Positions 37,146 to 50,521 of a DNA stretch of 64,000 bases are shown here, in pieces. Position numbers and translations under genes: made by a program. Under the pieces are notes generated by a model that worked only from the letters and a program-made list of their open reading frames with translations, was not told the origin of the DNA and searched no databases. The DNA is from Camelus ferus (Eukaryota). Each line of letters begins with the position of its first letter. Within the stretch, counting starts at the first letter, position 1. The stretch is from NCBI RefSeq assembly GCF_009834535.1, contig NC_045725.1:3658001-3722000 (forward strand), given 5' to 3'.

Positions 37146-37959
37146 CATTTATTATAGAAAGGGATCCATTTGGTTTCAAGTACATCAAATTTGATGTTGA
37201 TTCAAAGGGAAACTGCCTTAGCAAATTCAAAATATATGTAGTGTTGGATGTATTTTAACAAAGTGTTAAGGTGTTTTATTGTGACCAATAGCTTACTTAT
37301 ACAAAAGCATTTCAAATATGTTTTTCACCAGGACAAGAAGTCAAGGTCCCACATGTAAAGGCGACAGCACCAAGCTCTTACGCTCACTGGGACTACCTCC
37401 TGACTCACCGTTACAGTCTCGCCGTAACCAGCAATCAAAGCAGCCTCACCTAGAGCCCGGGCTGGGGTTTCACAAACAACACCCTACTAGCAAACTAGGG
37501 GTCTTGACACATTTCCTGGAGACTGCATCAAACTCACACACAAAAATAATTTGTCACCAAGCTAACAACAAAGACGCCTGGGGGTGGGGGTGGGGGCAAA
37601 GGAAGATACAGCCCACGTAACAGTGGAGACAATCTTCCCCAGAGAGGGGCCCCTGGGGCCTGGCCGACTCCAGCACAGGAGCAGCCGCGAGAGCAGGGGA
37701 GCGGGCGGTGGGGAAGGAGGCGGGGTTTCAACGTCGGCCGCACCAGGAACTGGAAGTCTCTCATGAACTTCTTTGCATCCTTGTCTTTCTTGGCCCACAA
37801 GACTGTAAAGTCCATGACGACTCCAAGTGCGAGACCATCAACCAGAACAGTGACGGAAACCCAGACAGACACAAAATAAAAGCTGAAAGAAAGATTGAGG
37901 ACGATCAATAGCTTAGCCTTTACTAAAGTGACAGATCGTCACCTTCCAGCAAAGGTCTG

Positions 37960-38330
37960 TCCCTGCACGAGACGCCGCAGCCGGCAGGTGTCGCCGGTCC
38001 TCGGGCGTGGCGGGAGTGCTGCCATGCTTGCTCCCGCCTGGAGGTGGGCCCGCAGTGGCGTGGCCACCAGCCTCCCGGTCCTCCCCGTGTGCAGCCGGCG
38101 CCTCCCAGCTCTCTGCCCTCGCGGCCGGCTCTCATCTGCTTCCCTCTCCGTTAAGGGCTGGGACCCCAGGACCCCACGTTCCTCCGGATTTCCACCCGCG
38201 GAAATGCTGGTGTTCCCAAAACCACAGTCCCGAGCGTCTGTCCACCCACAGCGGAGTAATGCAGGGATGCTCTGGACTCAGGGGCCCTGGGCTGGCATCC
38301 GGACTCACTGAAGCAGCCGCGGGACTCGGT
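37960..38330. promoter_or_regulatory. CpG-rich patch
   Basis: Dense CpG/GC relative to the flanks. Confidence 0.5.
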
Positions 38331-39302
38331 CAGGCTATCCCTTCATCTGCCCTCCATTTATTTATCAGTAAAACGCGGGTCAGCACGTTTCTTTTAAAAA
38401 GGTTGTTAAAATTACATACCGTACCACACGGAAAGGAACGTCCCGCCCACATGGTGACTGTTTTAAGCTAATATCCACCCTTCTAGTTGTTGTTGTATGT
38501 TGTCATTTTAACCAGGTTCTGCATTTCAACCGCACGTAAACCTGATATTCCTTATAAATGATCACATTTGTCCTCTTTGCGTTTGTACCTGTCCCATCTC
38601 AAGACACAAGGAGTGTGTGATCCCAAGACTGTAAACTGCCAACGCCAGGCGGCCCTTTAGATCTTACTAAGTCCTTAGAGGCCGTTACCAGTTGTAGAAA
38701 CAGGCCTGGAAACATTCAGCAAGATGTCCACCCTGCCACCACTCAGGACGCCAGCAACAGAAGCGACCGCGGGGTTTGTGATTTCTGGGCTGCGGGTCAA
38801 CACAGATTTTGTCCGCAACCCCTCCCTACACATGGTCACAGGGCCCTTATCAGTGGGAATTAACTTCCTATAATTTAGTCCACTACTAAATAGCTAAGAA
38901 GGGCATTAACATCCCCAGACAAAAAGAAAAAAAACACAAAAATGTGAGTTCATTCAAATGGCTAAAATATAGTGTCATTAATTTTGATAGGAATGATTTC
39001 CAGTGGGCTGAATCCAGGCAAATGGTTGATTAAGTAGGAGAGAGAACAGAAAAAAGCATGTCTCAGTTGATGTATTGCGGAAAAGGACGTGGAGGGGGAG
39101 TGTAGGGAGAAAGAACAGGTTTATTGCTATAAAATCTGACTTTCCGTCTTAATTCTTTGTTCAGATCCTCTCTGCCCAGGGTTAGGGAGAGAACGGGCTA
39201 GACTTCCAGCGTCTTTAGAACTCTGAGGGGAGGCGAAGGGGTGATCATCGCTGGAGTTTATTGAGTGCTTATCAGTTCTAAGTGCTTTCCATTAAAAATC
39301 AC

Positions 39303-40908
39303 ATTGTTTTCATCCATCACCTCCTGCCCCCAAACCTGCACAGCCTCCCCCATTACCAACATCTCCCCCCAGAGAGGGGCATTTCTTACAAGCAGTGAAC
39401 CTGCACTGACACGTGAAAATCTCCCAGAGCCCACAGCTTCCGCTGGGATTACTCTTGGTGGTGTTCCTCCTGTGGGGTTGGACCAAAGTGAAACAGCATC
39501 TGTCCGTCATCACAGCGCCATACAGAGCAGCCTCCCTGCCCCGCGCGTCCTCTGCGCTTCACCCACTCGTCCCCCCTCCGCTGAGCCCCAGCACCACTGA
39601 TCCTTCTCCCGTCTCCATAGTTTTGCTTTTTCTAGAACGTCATGTATTGAAATTACATAATGCGTAGCCTTTTCCTGTTGGGTCTTTTCATCATCATTAT
39701 ATGTATTTAAGTTTCCTCCACGCCTTTTCATGGCTTCATAGCTCATTGCTTTTTATGCTGAATAAGATCCCACTGTCTGGATGCACCATCATTTATTTAC
39801 TCATTCACCTCCTGAAGGACATCTTGGTTTCTTCCAAGTTTTGGCAATTAGGAACGAAGCTGCTATAAATATCTCTGTGAGGGGTTTTGGGTGGACATAA
39901 GTTTCCAGCTCCGCAGTAAATGGCAACAAGCATGACTGCTGGGTTGTGTAGCAAACGATGTCGAGTTTTGTAAGAAATTACCACACTGTCTTAGGAAGTG
40001 GCTGAGTAGCAATCTGCATTCTCACCAGCAATAAATGAGAGTTCCAGGCGCTCCACACCCTTCCCACCTTTTGGTAGCGTTAGCGTCTTAGATTCCGGCC
40101 GTTCTCCTAGTTGCAAGGTGCAATTTTACTGTTGTTCTAATTCCCAGCTCCCCAATGACATATGATGGAGAGCATCCTTTCATGTGCCTGTTTGCCATCT
40201 GTAATCTTTGTGAGGTGACTGCAGATCACTTGCTCATTTTTTAATTGAGTTTTCCATATTCATACTATTGACTTTTAAGAGTTCTTTGTATATTTTAAAC
40301 AACAGTCATTTGTCAGGTTTGCCATTTACAAATAGTTTCCCCAAGTTTTAAATTTCAATTTAAAAAGTCATCTAAAGAGTCATTACCATACCCAAGCTCA
40401 TCTAGGTTTTCTCCTATCTTTTAGGCATTCAGTAGGTGTTCATTTTACATTTAAGACTATGATCCCTTTTGAGAATTTTTCTAAGGGTGCAAGGTCTGTG
40501 TTTAGATTTATTATTTTGCATATTGATGACCAATTATTCTAGCAATGTTTGTTGGAATAACTCCCGTGTATTCATTGTGTTATCTTTGTTGCTTCATCAG
40601 AGATCAGTTGACTAAATTTATGTGGACATATTTCCGGGCTCACTGTTCTGTTCCATTGATCCATTTGTCTGTTTTTCACCAATCCCACGTTGTCTTGATT
40701 ATTGCAGCTTTACAGTAAATACTGAAGTCAGCTAGCATCAGCCTTCCAACTTTGTTCTCCTTCAAATGTGAGGTGATCATTGTGCTTTGCCTCTTCACAC
40801 AAACTGTAGAATCCATTTGCCGATATCCCCAGACTAACTCGCTGGGGTTTTGACTGGGATGGCACTGAATCCCAGGTCAATTCAGGGAGCAGTGGCATCT
40901 CGACAATA
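39303..40908 (-). mobile_element. L1MA/L1MB-type 3' UTR plus ORF2 3' end, ~1.6 kb, with internal deletions
   Basis: tgcacagcctcccccattacc...caccactgatccttctccgtctccatagttttgc...gaaggacatcttggtttcttccaagttttggcaatt...ttgattattgcagctttacagtaa. Confidence 0.9.
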
Positions 40909-40909
40909 C

Positions 40910-40989
40910 CCCAAACACAATGACCTGTATGTTTCAAATGAGAGAATCTTATGGTACGTAAATTATATCTCAATAAAGCTGTTTTTAAA
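40910..40989 (+). mobile_element. L1MB/L1MC-type 3' tip
   Basis: gaatcttatggtacgtaaattatatctcaataaagctgtttttaaa. Confidence 0.75.
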
Positions 40990-41444
40990 CATTTCAGATA
41001 CAAAAGGGGGGTTGTTAAAAAAGGACCCTTCTTCCCAAAGACCTGACATTTTTATCAGGCTTACTACTCAGTTTAGTTCCTCTACCTGGGGGTTCTTACA
41101 ATGAAACACTTCTCTGCAGCCTCCACAATGTGTGCAAATCCTATATAATATTACCAAATAATAAAGAGTGTTTACACGTGTGTATTTGACTGTGGTGGAT
41201 AGCGCTGGCTCGTAGCACCACAAATATACTGTCTTAAATGTTTCTACAGACAGTCCAATGAAACCATAGGACTTCAAGAGTTAACTCATTCGTTTCATCC
41301 CCTCAGGACAATAACTTTAGTTTTAAACATGTCCTCTGCTGTATTTTTCCCCCAAAATATGCGTTCAAAGTGGCTGTTGAAATGTATGTTAAATAAATCT
41401 TTTTCACTACGTTGAGAGTTTAAGTGATTTAATAAAAATAGAAT

Positions 41445-41545
41445 CCAACACTTTACAACTAGAACAAGCTTTCAGACGCCACGTTACTAAACCCCACTCT
41501 TCCCCTGATGAAACAGCTGACAGACAGTTCCGCGTGAGACAGGCT
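41445..41545 (+). mobile_element. MIR 5' fragment
   Basis: ttacaactagaacaagctttcagacgccacg...ccccactcttcccctgatgaaacagctgacag. Confidence 0.4.
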
Positions 41546-42764
41546 TCCCTCCTCCGTGTCTCCAGAGGAGCCGCGTGGGATGCGACCTGACCCTGCGACT
41601 CGGGAAGGCCAGGAAAGCTTAATTAATTTTCGTAAAACAGAGCGATCTGCATGGTCTAATTAGCCTACATCTCTTAAACAAATCCCAAACAAAGCCAGGT
41701 GATATAGGTTTATGCAAACAAACAATAAAGCCTGATCACGCCCCACATTCAGGCGCCACCATTATTATCGTTGTTCAACCTTTCTTAACTCTCCATTGCT
41801 TGGAATAATAATAACCTGTTAGAACTTTGAAATGAAAATCTTTCTACCTGACAAATGCTGATGTTTTTAAGTATTTCAGAAGCCAACGTCAAACAGGCTT
41901 CTTTTAGATTTTCGTCTTGGTCTATGTGTGAGCATCAGTGAAGTTTTCTGGAGGCAAGGGTCTGGGATTAGCCCCTCCTCCATGATTCCCCGATGCCCGA
42001 CAGTAGGGGGAGCTCTCCTATTATTTACGTGGCCACAAAGCATGGAAACATTTTTATGGACTGGGGACAACGCAAGGGAGTTTTAAAAATGGATGTTACC
42101 ATCTGAAGAACATTAACGCAACGACTTGGTCAAAGCTGGAGAGTTACTTCAGTCAGAGTCGAGAACACATTTTTTTTTTCTAAAACAGCCTTGCAAATTA
42201 ATGAGGGTATAAAGGCTGTGGGCCTGTAGGAAATGATCCCATTCCAAGGAACCATGCACCTCTCACTCAAAGTGGAGTAAAATGTAACTACGTCGGAATC
42301 TTAACGGCCATAATGAGCACTGCCATCTCCTTGATATGAGGGGATGTTTAGAAAGCTTAGAAAGAAGAAACATTCAGATTAATAAAATTTTAGACTTGAG
42401 AAAGGTAGCTTTATACTATAAATTATAACAGAAGATGAACAAAATGACAAGAGCTTCAAAAAGTATTAGACTCTTGAAAACCTTGAGATGCTGTAGTTAA
42501 AAGTCATGGTAAGGAAATGAATGGTATGTCTGGGAGGCTTTTCATGTAATCTACTAAAATAATACTTTTATGATTAGCAAGAGATCTGCATAATTCTTAA
42601 TTGGGAACTTTTGAGTTAAAGGAACAATGCTTTTATAGACACTATAACATACATCACAATACGTAAACTGAAGTCTACAAAACACAGTGTGGTTACTGAC
42701 GGGCGACAGCGGCAAGAATTTCAAGTCTCAGTGTGACTACATCCTCCAGGGCCATATTGCCAAA

Positions 42765-43238
42765 GGTGGCAGAAACTGCTAGACACCCCAAGAACCCATT
42801 TGCTCCTACTCTTTCTTGCTAATGGAATGACCAATTTTTAGTTGTACGTGCGGCTTCTCAGAGGAAAAACTACAATTCCCAGGCTTCCCTGCAGCTAGTG
42901 GAAGCTAGATGACCACGTTCTGGTCAACAGGGTATGAATGGAAGGGAAGTGGTGTACAGAAGGGCTATGGATGATAGCAGAGCACCTCAGAGAATGAAGG
43001 CGCTCAGACCTCCGCTCTCCCAGCACTGGCAGGAGGTAACAGGGTGTCATCTGGGGCTACCTGCAGAGGACAACACCCCAGAGAGGGAAGCCATGACATA
43101 GGAGGGACTCGACCTACTTATAACTTGGTAGAGCAGAGACAGCTTAGACCTTTATGAGAAAGAAGAAGGCATCTCTAAGTTGTTTCAGCCACTATTATTT
43201 TGTGTCTGTCTCCACGGTTTAATTCATATGCTAAACAA
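42765..43238 (+). mobile_element. LTR33-type (ERVL) solo LTR
   Basis: ggtggcagaaactgct...actacaattcccaggcttccctgcagctag...ttgtttcagccactattattttg is collinear with the recalled LTR33. Confidence 0.75.
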
Positions 43239-43374
43239 CCTAAAACCTATTCCTTTCCCTTGTGGAATTCTCTAGAAGCTCAGCAAGTGAGCCCAGCACC
43301 GGATTGGCCTAGTATCAAAAGTTTGTAGAGACTTATTTAGTGGTGATGGGATGTTTATATCTGGAGGACAAACA

Positions 43375-43556
43375 GGTACTTAGATAGGTAGACGGGTGGA
43401 CAGATACAAGGATGGATGGATAGACGGATGATTAGATAGATTGATAAAGAGAGACTATATATACTTGAGTAGGAGGTAGCAGGGCTGGAGGGGGAAAGGA
43501 GACGGAGGAGTCGAAGGGGGAGGAAGAGGAGAGGGAGGAAAGAGGAAAGAAAGACC
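43375..43556. repeat. Degenerate (GATA/GGAT)n followed by GA-rich low complexity
   Basis: Direct inspection. Confidence 0.8.
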
Positions 43557-46049
43557 TGTCTCAGTTTGGCCATGTGGCCCCAGTACTTCTGCCTCATGGC
43601 AGGGAGTTGACGGAGTCTCTCTTCTTTCTCAAAGGGCCCTGGTTTGGACAGTGCATCATGCAGCCACTCTATCCCTTTGAGTCCCTGCAGTGAACCCGAA
43701 CCACCTGAGAGAGCACGAGCTTGACTCTGTGCCTTGACACGTGAAGGTGCTAATCCAGTGTCAAATGCGAACAAGGTCACGGTGTAGGAAGTGTCAGGGC
43801 AGACACCAAAACTGAAAGAATGCAAAAGGCATATCGTCTAAGAAAAAGAACATTGCAAATGAAATAATAAGTATTGACTTTATCAAATCACAAGGAGAAG
43901 AAAAAAATCTTGGTAGAAATGCTTTGATAAGCTTGAAGGAGAAGAGGAAAAACAGCAGAGGAGGAGCAGCTAGAGAAGGCAGGGTCCGCCTGGTCGGAGA
44001 GGACAGGCAGGCGCACGGGTGGAGGGGGCAGCGGGAAGCCACGGGAGCAATCTTCTGCATCAGTGCTTGACTTCTGTAGCATCTGTTTATCTAACCGGTG
44101 AAAACATGGTTTGAAAGTTGTCCCGAAAGCCGCTGCCACCCCTACCCAGGCCCCTGCAGGAACGTACCCAGATCCCTCTACCCTAACACGAAGCGGTGGA
44201 CATGAAACGAATGAGAAGTAGCTTGTGAGAGACATTCTATCAATGGCTTTTTGTTTTCTTAAAGGAAAAAAGATACATCCTCAGGCTAACTGTACATCTA
44301 TTTATTTCTTATAAGTTCACAGGATGGCAGAGCTCCCAGTCAAAATTAACACTTTCTCAGTGGATCCATGATTAGCCTGAAGACCCAAAATGTGCTGAGG
44401 TTGGCCAACACCGGCTCATCCTGGTTCAGGGAGCCTCCACTCAAACCAGATAAACCAGTGATGAATACGGCCAGCTGCTGTTAATCCCTTGTGCTTCAGG
44501 GGGACCCAGAGGCAGAAAAGGTAAGTGAGAAACTGCTCCAAACACAAGCATAATGTACTCATGTACACTTCTCAAAATTTCAAGAGACACAGCAAATCTC
44601 TGACCGAGGTAGCCTTCAGCCTGGGGCACTAGGGCTATTTTACAGCTATAAACCAGAACTTTAGTTACCTAGGATTTTTTCCTAAAACCCAGGAATATCA
44701 GTGTGCTTGTATATCTGTGTATTACCATCACAAATGTGTTGGTAAATATAATATTAATAAATTCTAAAGAAATCATCCATGGAAAACAAAATTAGTTCTT
44801 ATGGGTAGCAGTGACTTGTATCATTTCTGGGTCTTTTTGTTTGTTTGGTTTTTGTCTTTTGGTTTTTGGGTTTGTTATGTTTGCTTGTTTAATTGCTATT
44901 TAGAAGCACCACAAAGCTGGACAAAGTAGGGGCAGAGTTAGGGAGAGGGAAGATGTCTATTTCTGACTTCCGAACCAGTGAGTCCAAGGGCATGTAGAGA
45001 TGAGACCGGGGGAAACACAGAAGTTGTTTACTGAACATGAGAAGCATTATCTGCCCCACACAGATTGGGCTCAGAGGATGAGATCAGCTACCCACACCAT
45101 GGCTGAGTGTGAAGACACATCTATTGGCTTCATTATGGTTTAAAGCAACAACCAGAAAGGACAGTGTATTTTCTGGCCAGGCCAGGAAATGTCAGAAGCA
45201 CATAGCTCATGACATCAGGAAAAAATAAACTGACTTAATAATTGGAAGCAATTAGGACAGAGATCAAGTACTAGGGCAGGTTAAATGTGAAGGGGTGTTA
45301 ATTTTTCCTATTAGTAAAGGGCTCAATGTCTTAAGGACCCCACTTGCAATAGGAAATGTAGAATCATTGAGAACTTGCATGTGTCTCTCCAGCCAAATAT
45401 TCCAACATGGCAAGTCTTCCAAAAACCACCCACTCCGCTTTATAAACAGATGCATCCTGGCTGAAAGCTTCACTAACTTTGAAGATTTGAAAGGCATACA
45501 AATTCAGGGAAACAAATTGTGACCAATAAACGTTGAACAGGATCTGCAAGACTGCGCGACAAAGCTGGCCGACTTCCATGACGGGGAGATGGTGTCAGGA
45601 CAGTGACTGAGCAAGATTCTTAAAGTGAAAGAAACGGAGTCGTTGGATCAGAACAGCAGTGCTTGGGTTTGTGCTGGGACAGGTATTTGCAAAATCAGGC
45701 CAAATCCTTATTATCATGGTAAAGTAGGCTAGCTGAAGCGTCACAGAGCTGGTGACCGATTTAATCAGTTTCATCGCTTTTAAAAAAGTAATCAACAAGG
45801 AACTTAGGAAGAAATAAACACAGAGGTATACGGTGGGAAGACTTATAAGCGTGGACCTGATTATTAACGATCACAGGCACATGGAATAGGACATCGTCAC
45901 AGGTATAAATTGCTTATAACGTGTTCACATAGTTATATTTTATTTGACAGCATTAGGACTCTATCCTAGGATTCAAATAGAAGAGTAACATGCCCAGATG
46001 ACCCCATTCACAGGTTCTTCAAGCCTTTGACAGTTGCTTCCTGATCTGA

Positions 46050-46160
46050 TAGCCAAGTCAAGCTTCAGAGGAGGTTAAATGAAGTAACATTTAAGCGTTA
46101 GCACAGTTGAGCCAGACTCAGTGAGCACTCCGTGCACCTGTGGGGCCACTGTTGTTGTTA
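46050..46160 (+). mobile_element. MIR 3' part
   Basis: gaggaggttaaatgaagtaacatttaagcgttagcacag...cagtgagcactcc...ctgttgttgttatg. Confidence 0.6.
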
Positions 46161-48489
46161 TGTGTCCCTTACGAAGGTTCTGCTGACTATGAAATTAGGA
46201 GCATCTATATTGATTACTTTATTCATCAGACGTAATGAAAATATTATGATTACTAAAATATACGTAAATATATGTAAGTAAATAAGTACTTAAGTAAATC
46301 TCACCTGATTCATTTTTCTTCGCTTATCATGTTACTCAGCACTTTTGCCAATGATTCTTGGAATACCACATAATGGGTTTTTAAAAAATATTTTAAATTA
46401 ACCACCTAAATGTCCGGTCCTACTCTTTTCCGATCCAACTCTTGGTCCCCAGATGTGCTTATGCGTAAGGTGACAGGGCTCCCAGACGGACATTCCCACC
46501 TGGAAGAGTTTCTCACAGGCATAATGGGAACATTCCTTTTTGATGTGAAGGTAGACGTGGTGCTGGCTGAGTAGAGCTCATGACTGGATGTGTTTTGGTG
46601 GCTTTATTTGTTTTTATAAACTATAAAAAAGCAACAATCTCATGACTACCTATCCAACTGGATGCTCTGGGTTTCTGGCCCATGAGAGAGGGAGAGAGGG
46701 GTCACTGGGCCTATGGCTGGACTATTCCTACTATGCACCTGTCACTCACCTTCCCTGAAACGTCATTATTTTTTCCTTCAAATTTCTCAGAAGACCTTTT
46801 TTCATTAAAGTCTAGACTAGGAAAAGTTTAAATATTAATGTTTTTCATTTAGCCAAAACATATCTAATTTGCTAATAGAGTTTTAAAAGTTTAGTCTTTA
46901 TACCTATTAAAGTTAAATAAACTTGCTTCATGACTTCCCAAAAATGATGCTTTGGGAGAAGATGAAAAATATGGGGAAAAAATTGATCCTAAATTTTTTC
47001 TTTAGCTTTTTTCTTTTCTTTCCTTTTGATTTTAGAAAATTATGAGGGAAAAAAGTTACAAATCCACACTGCCAGCAACATCTCCCAAACTGAATGGGAA
47101 GGCAACTATTATCCACCTGCAACGTGAAATTCTACAGGTGTGTTGAATACTTGCCTGTTAGGCAGACAGGACCCTCCATCTTCTAGAGAACTCTAGGCCT
47201 GTCAGAAATGGTTACAATGAAAAACATTTTTTCCTGGGAGATGGAAATACGTTGATGCCAAACCAATTGCATTTTTCGATTACATTCAAGTAGGGAAGAA
47301 AGCAGCCATCTGAAATTTAGACCCATTCTTACTGCATCGCATTCGTAATTATCTAGACAAATACGGCAACTCCTAGCTCACTTTTACCGAGGATATCCAG
47401 CCTCAGACCAACCTTCCGAAGCAGCCACCCTTCACAGGGACGTGGCAGCTGTTGGACAACTTACAGGCACATTCCACTATAATTAGAGCCAAGAAACACT
47501 GGAGAACCATATCCAATTGAATCCGAGAAGAGAGCGTTAGTCAGGCAGAACATCTTCATTCAAAATAGGATAGAGCAAAAAAACTGTTCAGTAAATTTTA
47601 AATTTTATTTTTGAAAAATGCCGACGAAAATCATTACCTCTACTAGAGAGAAAAATGGTTCATTGAACTTCAAATGATGTCTTCTCATGATTTTAGCAGG
47701 TCTTCATGTATATTAATACATTTGCATTGTTTGAAGTGACTAGGCACCCCAGTTCCCCTTCAGAGGGAGCTACGGAAGCAACTTGTAAAAGACCATGTGA
47801 AAATCACAGGGTAGACCCTGTGGGAAGGGGCAGGGTCCAGTAGGTCTGTAAGTGGGTCCCTTATCACTTACAGACCTTGTCAGAGCCTGGGCAGGGCCCA
47901 CACACCTGCGTGGGTGTCCTGAGACCATGTCAAAGAGATACACCCTGTAGAGGAAGGAACACCAACCAGAATCTGGATACAGAGTCCAGAGTTTGGGGGA
48001 GATAGAAGGAGACATAAACTGTCTGCTAAATTTTGGAGTGTGTGGTGAAAGGTCTTCAGAGACAGTGAGGGACCTATGCTGGCGGCACCCTTATGCTGAG
48101 TGAAGGCCAGGGGGGCACTGCGAGAAGGATGAGAAGGAACCCGCACGCGGGGTGCAGCGAGCCCCGCGCCCTGCTCCTCGAAGTAGCGCCCAGCAGCGTC
48201 ACTGCGTGTTCCATTTCACAGCTCACATCACGCGCTCCGGCACTGCTCCTCCTGTTCCACAGACGGCTGGGCTTGGGGCCATTTGACTGAGATCTGGACC
48301 ATATCTTCTACCCCCGTTTTACATCTCCCAGCTCACCTCTGTACCACACGCGTGTGACTACTTAGTCTTAAAGGCACACGTTTGGGTCAGAAGTGCCTAC
48401 GGCGGTGCTCAGTCAACGCACATGGAGAGCTCGAGCAGTTGAGCCCTCAGCCAGCTCCCAGGAGACCCAGGGCCTGAAGATGGAGCACC

Positions 48490-48560
48490 GGTTCCTGCAG
48501 CTTGACTGGGCAGGTCACTTGACCTCTGTGGGCCCCAGTGTCCTCAACCGTAAAAGACAT
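48490..48560 (+). mobile_element. MIR core
   Basis: gggcaggtcacttgacctctgtgggccccagtgtcctcaaccgtaaaa. Confidence 0.7.
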
Positions 48561-49511
48561 CAAACGAAGACTCCGATGTCTCTTTGACTTCTAAAAAGGT
48601 AACAGTCCGCCACTTTTCCTGTTGGCTTTAATACCGGGAATCCCACTGAGCTGGCAGCCTCCCGCCACGCCCAGCGTTGAGTCGACCTTGAAGCCCTTTG
48701 CTCGACCGGCATCTTCTTTTATTGGACACAATCTCACGGATGTTGCGTATCAGGGAGACTTGCTCCCCAAAGCCAGGAAAGAACCTTCTCCACTGAAAAG
48801 AGAGGGAAGGCTCCTCGGCACTGTTCTCATCTATAGGGGCACAAAGGCTTGGAAACGAGACAGAAAAAGTAAAACTCACAAATGAACTGAAAACAAGAAA
48901 AGGGCTTGGTGACGCATCAGGCAGCTGGACAGACCTTCCCTCAGGACCTTTCATCTGCTTTTGCCCGGGGTTCCATTACAGGCTGCCCTGGCTGCGGCAG
49001 GGGTGACCTGGGGCCCCTCAGCAGAGATGCTCTTAGCCCGAGAGTCTCTCCTTAGCCGTGGTCGCCTGGCTGCCAAGGATGGCCAAGGAGCCATCACTGT
49101 GGGAACGCCCCCGCCTCATGCTTTACAGCATGGAAAATGCTTAGAGGCAAATGGGAGTTTTATGAATATAATGTTAATAAAAACTGATTTTTGAAAATGA
49201 AGCTGCCTCTTTATGCTACCTGCAGGGGAGACAGACACGCCACTCGAGTGATAAATGCCTGCCTTTCCCGGTCATAACTGGCCAAAGACTCTTTTACTTA
49301 AGCTCCTGTTTAACTATGGACACAATAATAGTAAATAAATCAATTAGCAGGTTCGAGGTAAGCCTTGGAAAAGTACATGGAAGAGGGCTGAGCCAAGCTG
49401 CTCTTGACCGCAGCTATGAGTTGCTGGGAACCCCGGCCCCCGGCCCCGCCTCCTGCACCCCGGAGGAGGGTTGGGATCCCAACGGTTATCTGTCCCACGA
49501 CGAACAGCGCT

Positions 49512-49731
49512 NNNNNNNNNNNNNNNNNNNNNNNNNNNNNNNNNNNNNNNNNNNNNNNNNNNNNNNNNNNNNNNNNNNNNNNNNNNNNNNNNNNNNNNNN
49601 NNNNNNNNNNNNNNNNNNNNNNNNNNNNNNNNNNNNNNNNNNNNNNNNNNNNNNNNNNNNNNNNNNNNNNNNNNNNNNNNNNNNNNNNNNNNNNNNNNNN
49701 NNNNNNNNNNNNNNNNNNNNNNNNNNNNNNN
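49512..49731. other. Assembly gap (220 N)
   Basis: Run of N. Confidence 1.
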
Positions 49732-50134
49732 AGTAATTGTGGACGGTGAGACGTGGTGACAAGGGCAGGACGTGATGTTTCTGCCACAGCAAAGCCACCT
49801 GGGTGAAGGACGGAGCTCCTTTGCCTTGTACCATGACCACTGGTCCCACCCAACCCGCACCGTGGAGAAAGGCAGGCACCGTGTCTGTTTAAAACTCTAT
49901 GCCAAGCTCATGACTTCTCTCCTTTTCCCTAAGGACTTTCTTCTGAAGGCCGGGGTATAGGTCCCCACCAGGGCTGCAGGGAGATGATATGAACCTTCAG
50001 AGACAGCCCACAGAACTGACCTTGGCAAATTCCAAAAGTCTTCAAGCGAGCTGTATTGTTTGCCTTTGCATATGATTTTTCAGGTGCCAAAGTTACTGTG
50101 AGACAATAGAGGTTAAAAAAAGGAACTAAAATCC

Positions 50135-50285
50135 TACACATACGCCTCCATCACACCTGCTACGTGGTCACCGGTTTACATGTCCTTCTCCCTACTAAAC
50201 GGTGAGCAACTTGCGGGCAAGGAGCTTGCCTACCATTCTCGGCTTCTCCAAAACCTCCTAGGACAGTGCCCGCCGCGTGCTTCAT
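50135..50285 (+). mobile_element. L2 3' end
   Basis: tttacatgtccttctccctactaaacggtgagcaacttgcgggcaagg...cctaggacagtgccc. Confidence 0.7.
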
Positions 50286-50521
50286 TCCTGCAACTGGCTG
50301 ACCTGTGCTGAAGCAGCCGCATCGGGGGCGAGAAACGAGAATTCCGCATCACGGGACCGTTGGCGTGTTCTCCTTAGCCTCTTACCTCTGGAGAGACCTC
50401 TCCTTTCATCAAAATTCCAAACTTTCCCTGTTGATAACATTACTATCATGCAAAAGCCTTTGACTGTTCACATTCTCAATCCAAGGGAGCTATGTAACTG
50501 GATGATCTAAATTCAGGAAGT

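Noticed and set aside
39303-40989. Minus L1 followed by a plus-strand L1 3' tip, resembling a twin-priming inversion
   Set aside because: The plus tip is of a different 3'-end type than the one missing from the minus copy (compare the tip type seen at 18150-18312), so these are two insertions.
43355-43825. Minus ORF with an FN3-like phrase (CPDTSYTVTLFA)
   Set aside because: The match is only ~10 residues with no upstream FN3 tryptophan strand, and the frame continues into simple-repeat sequence. Treated as chance.
49316-49879. ORFs spanning the N-gaps (also at 12386-12695 and 52598-52855)
   Set aside because: Artefacts of translating N as X.
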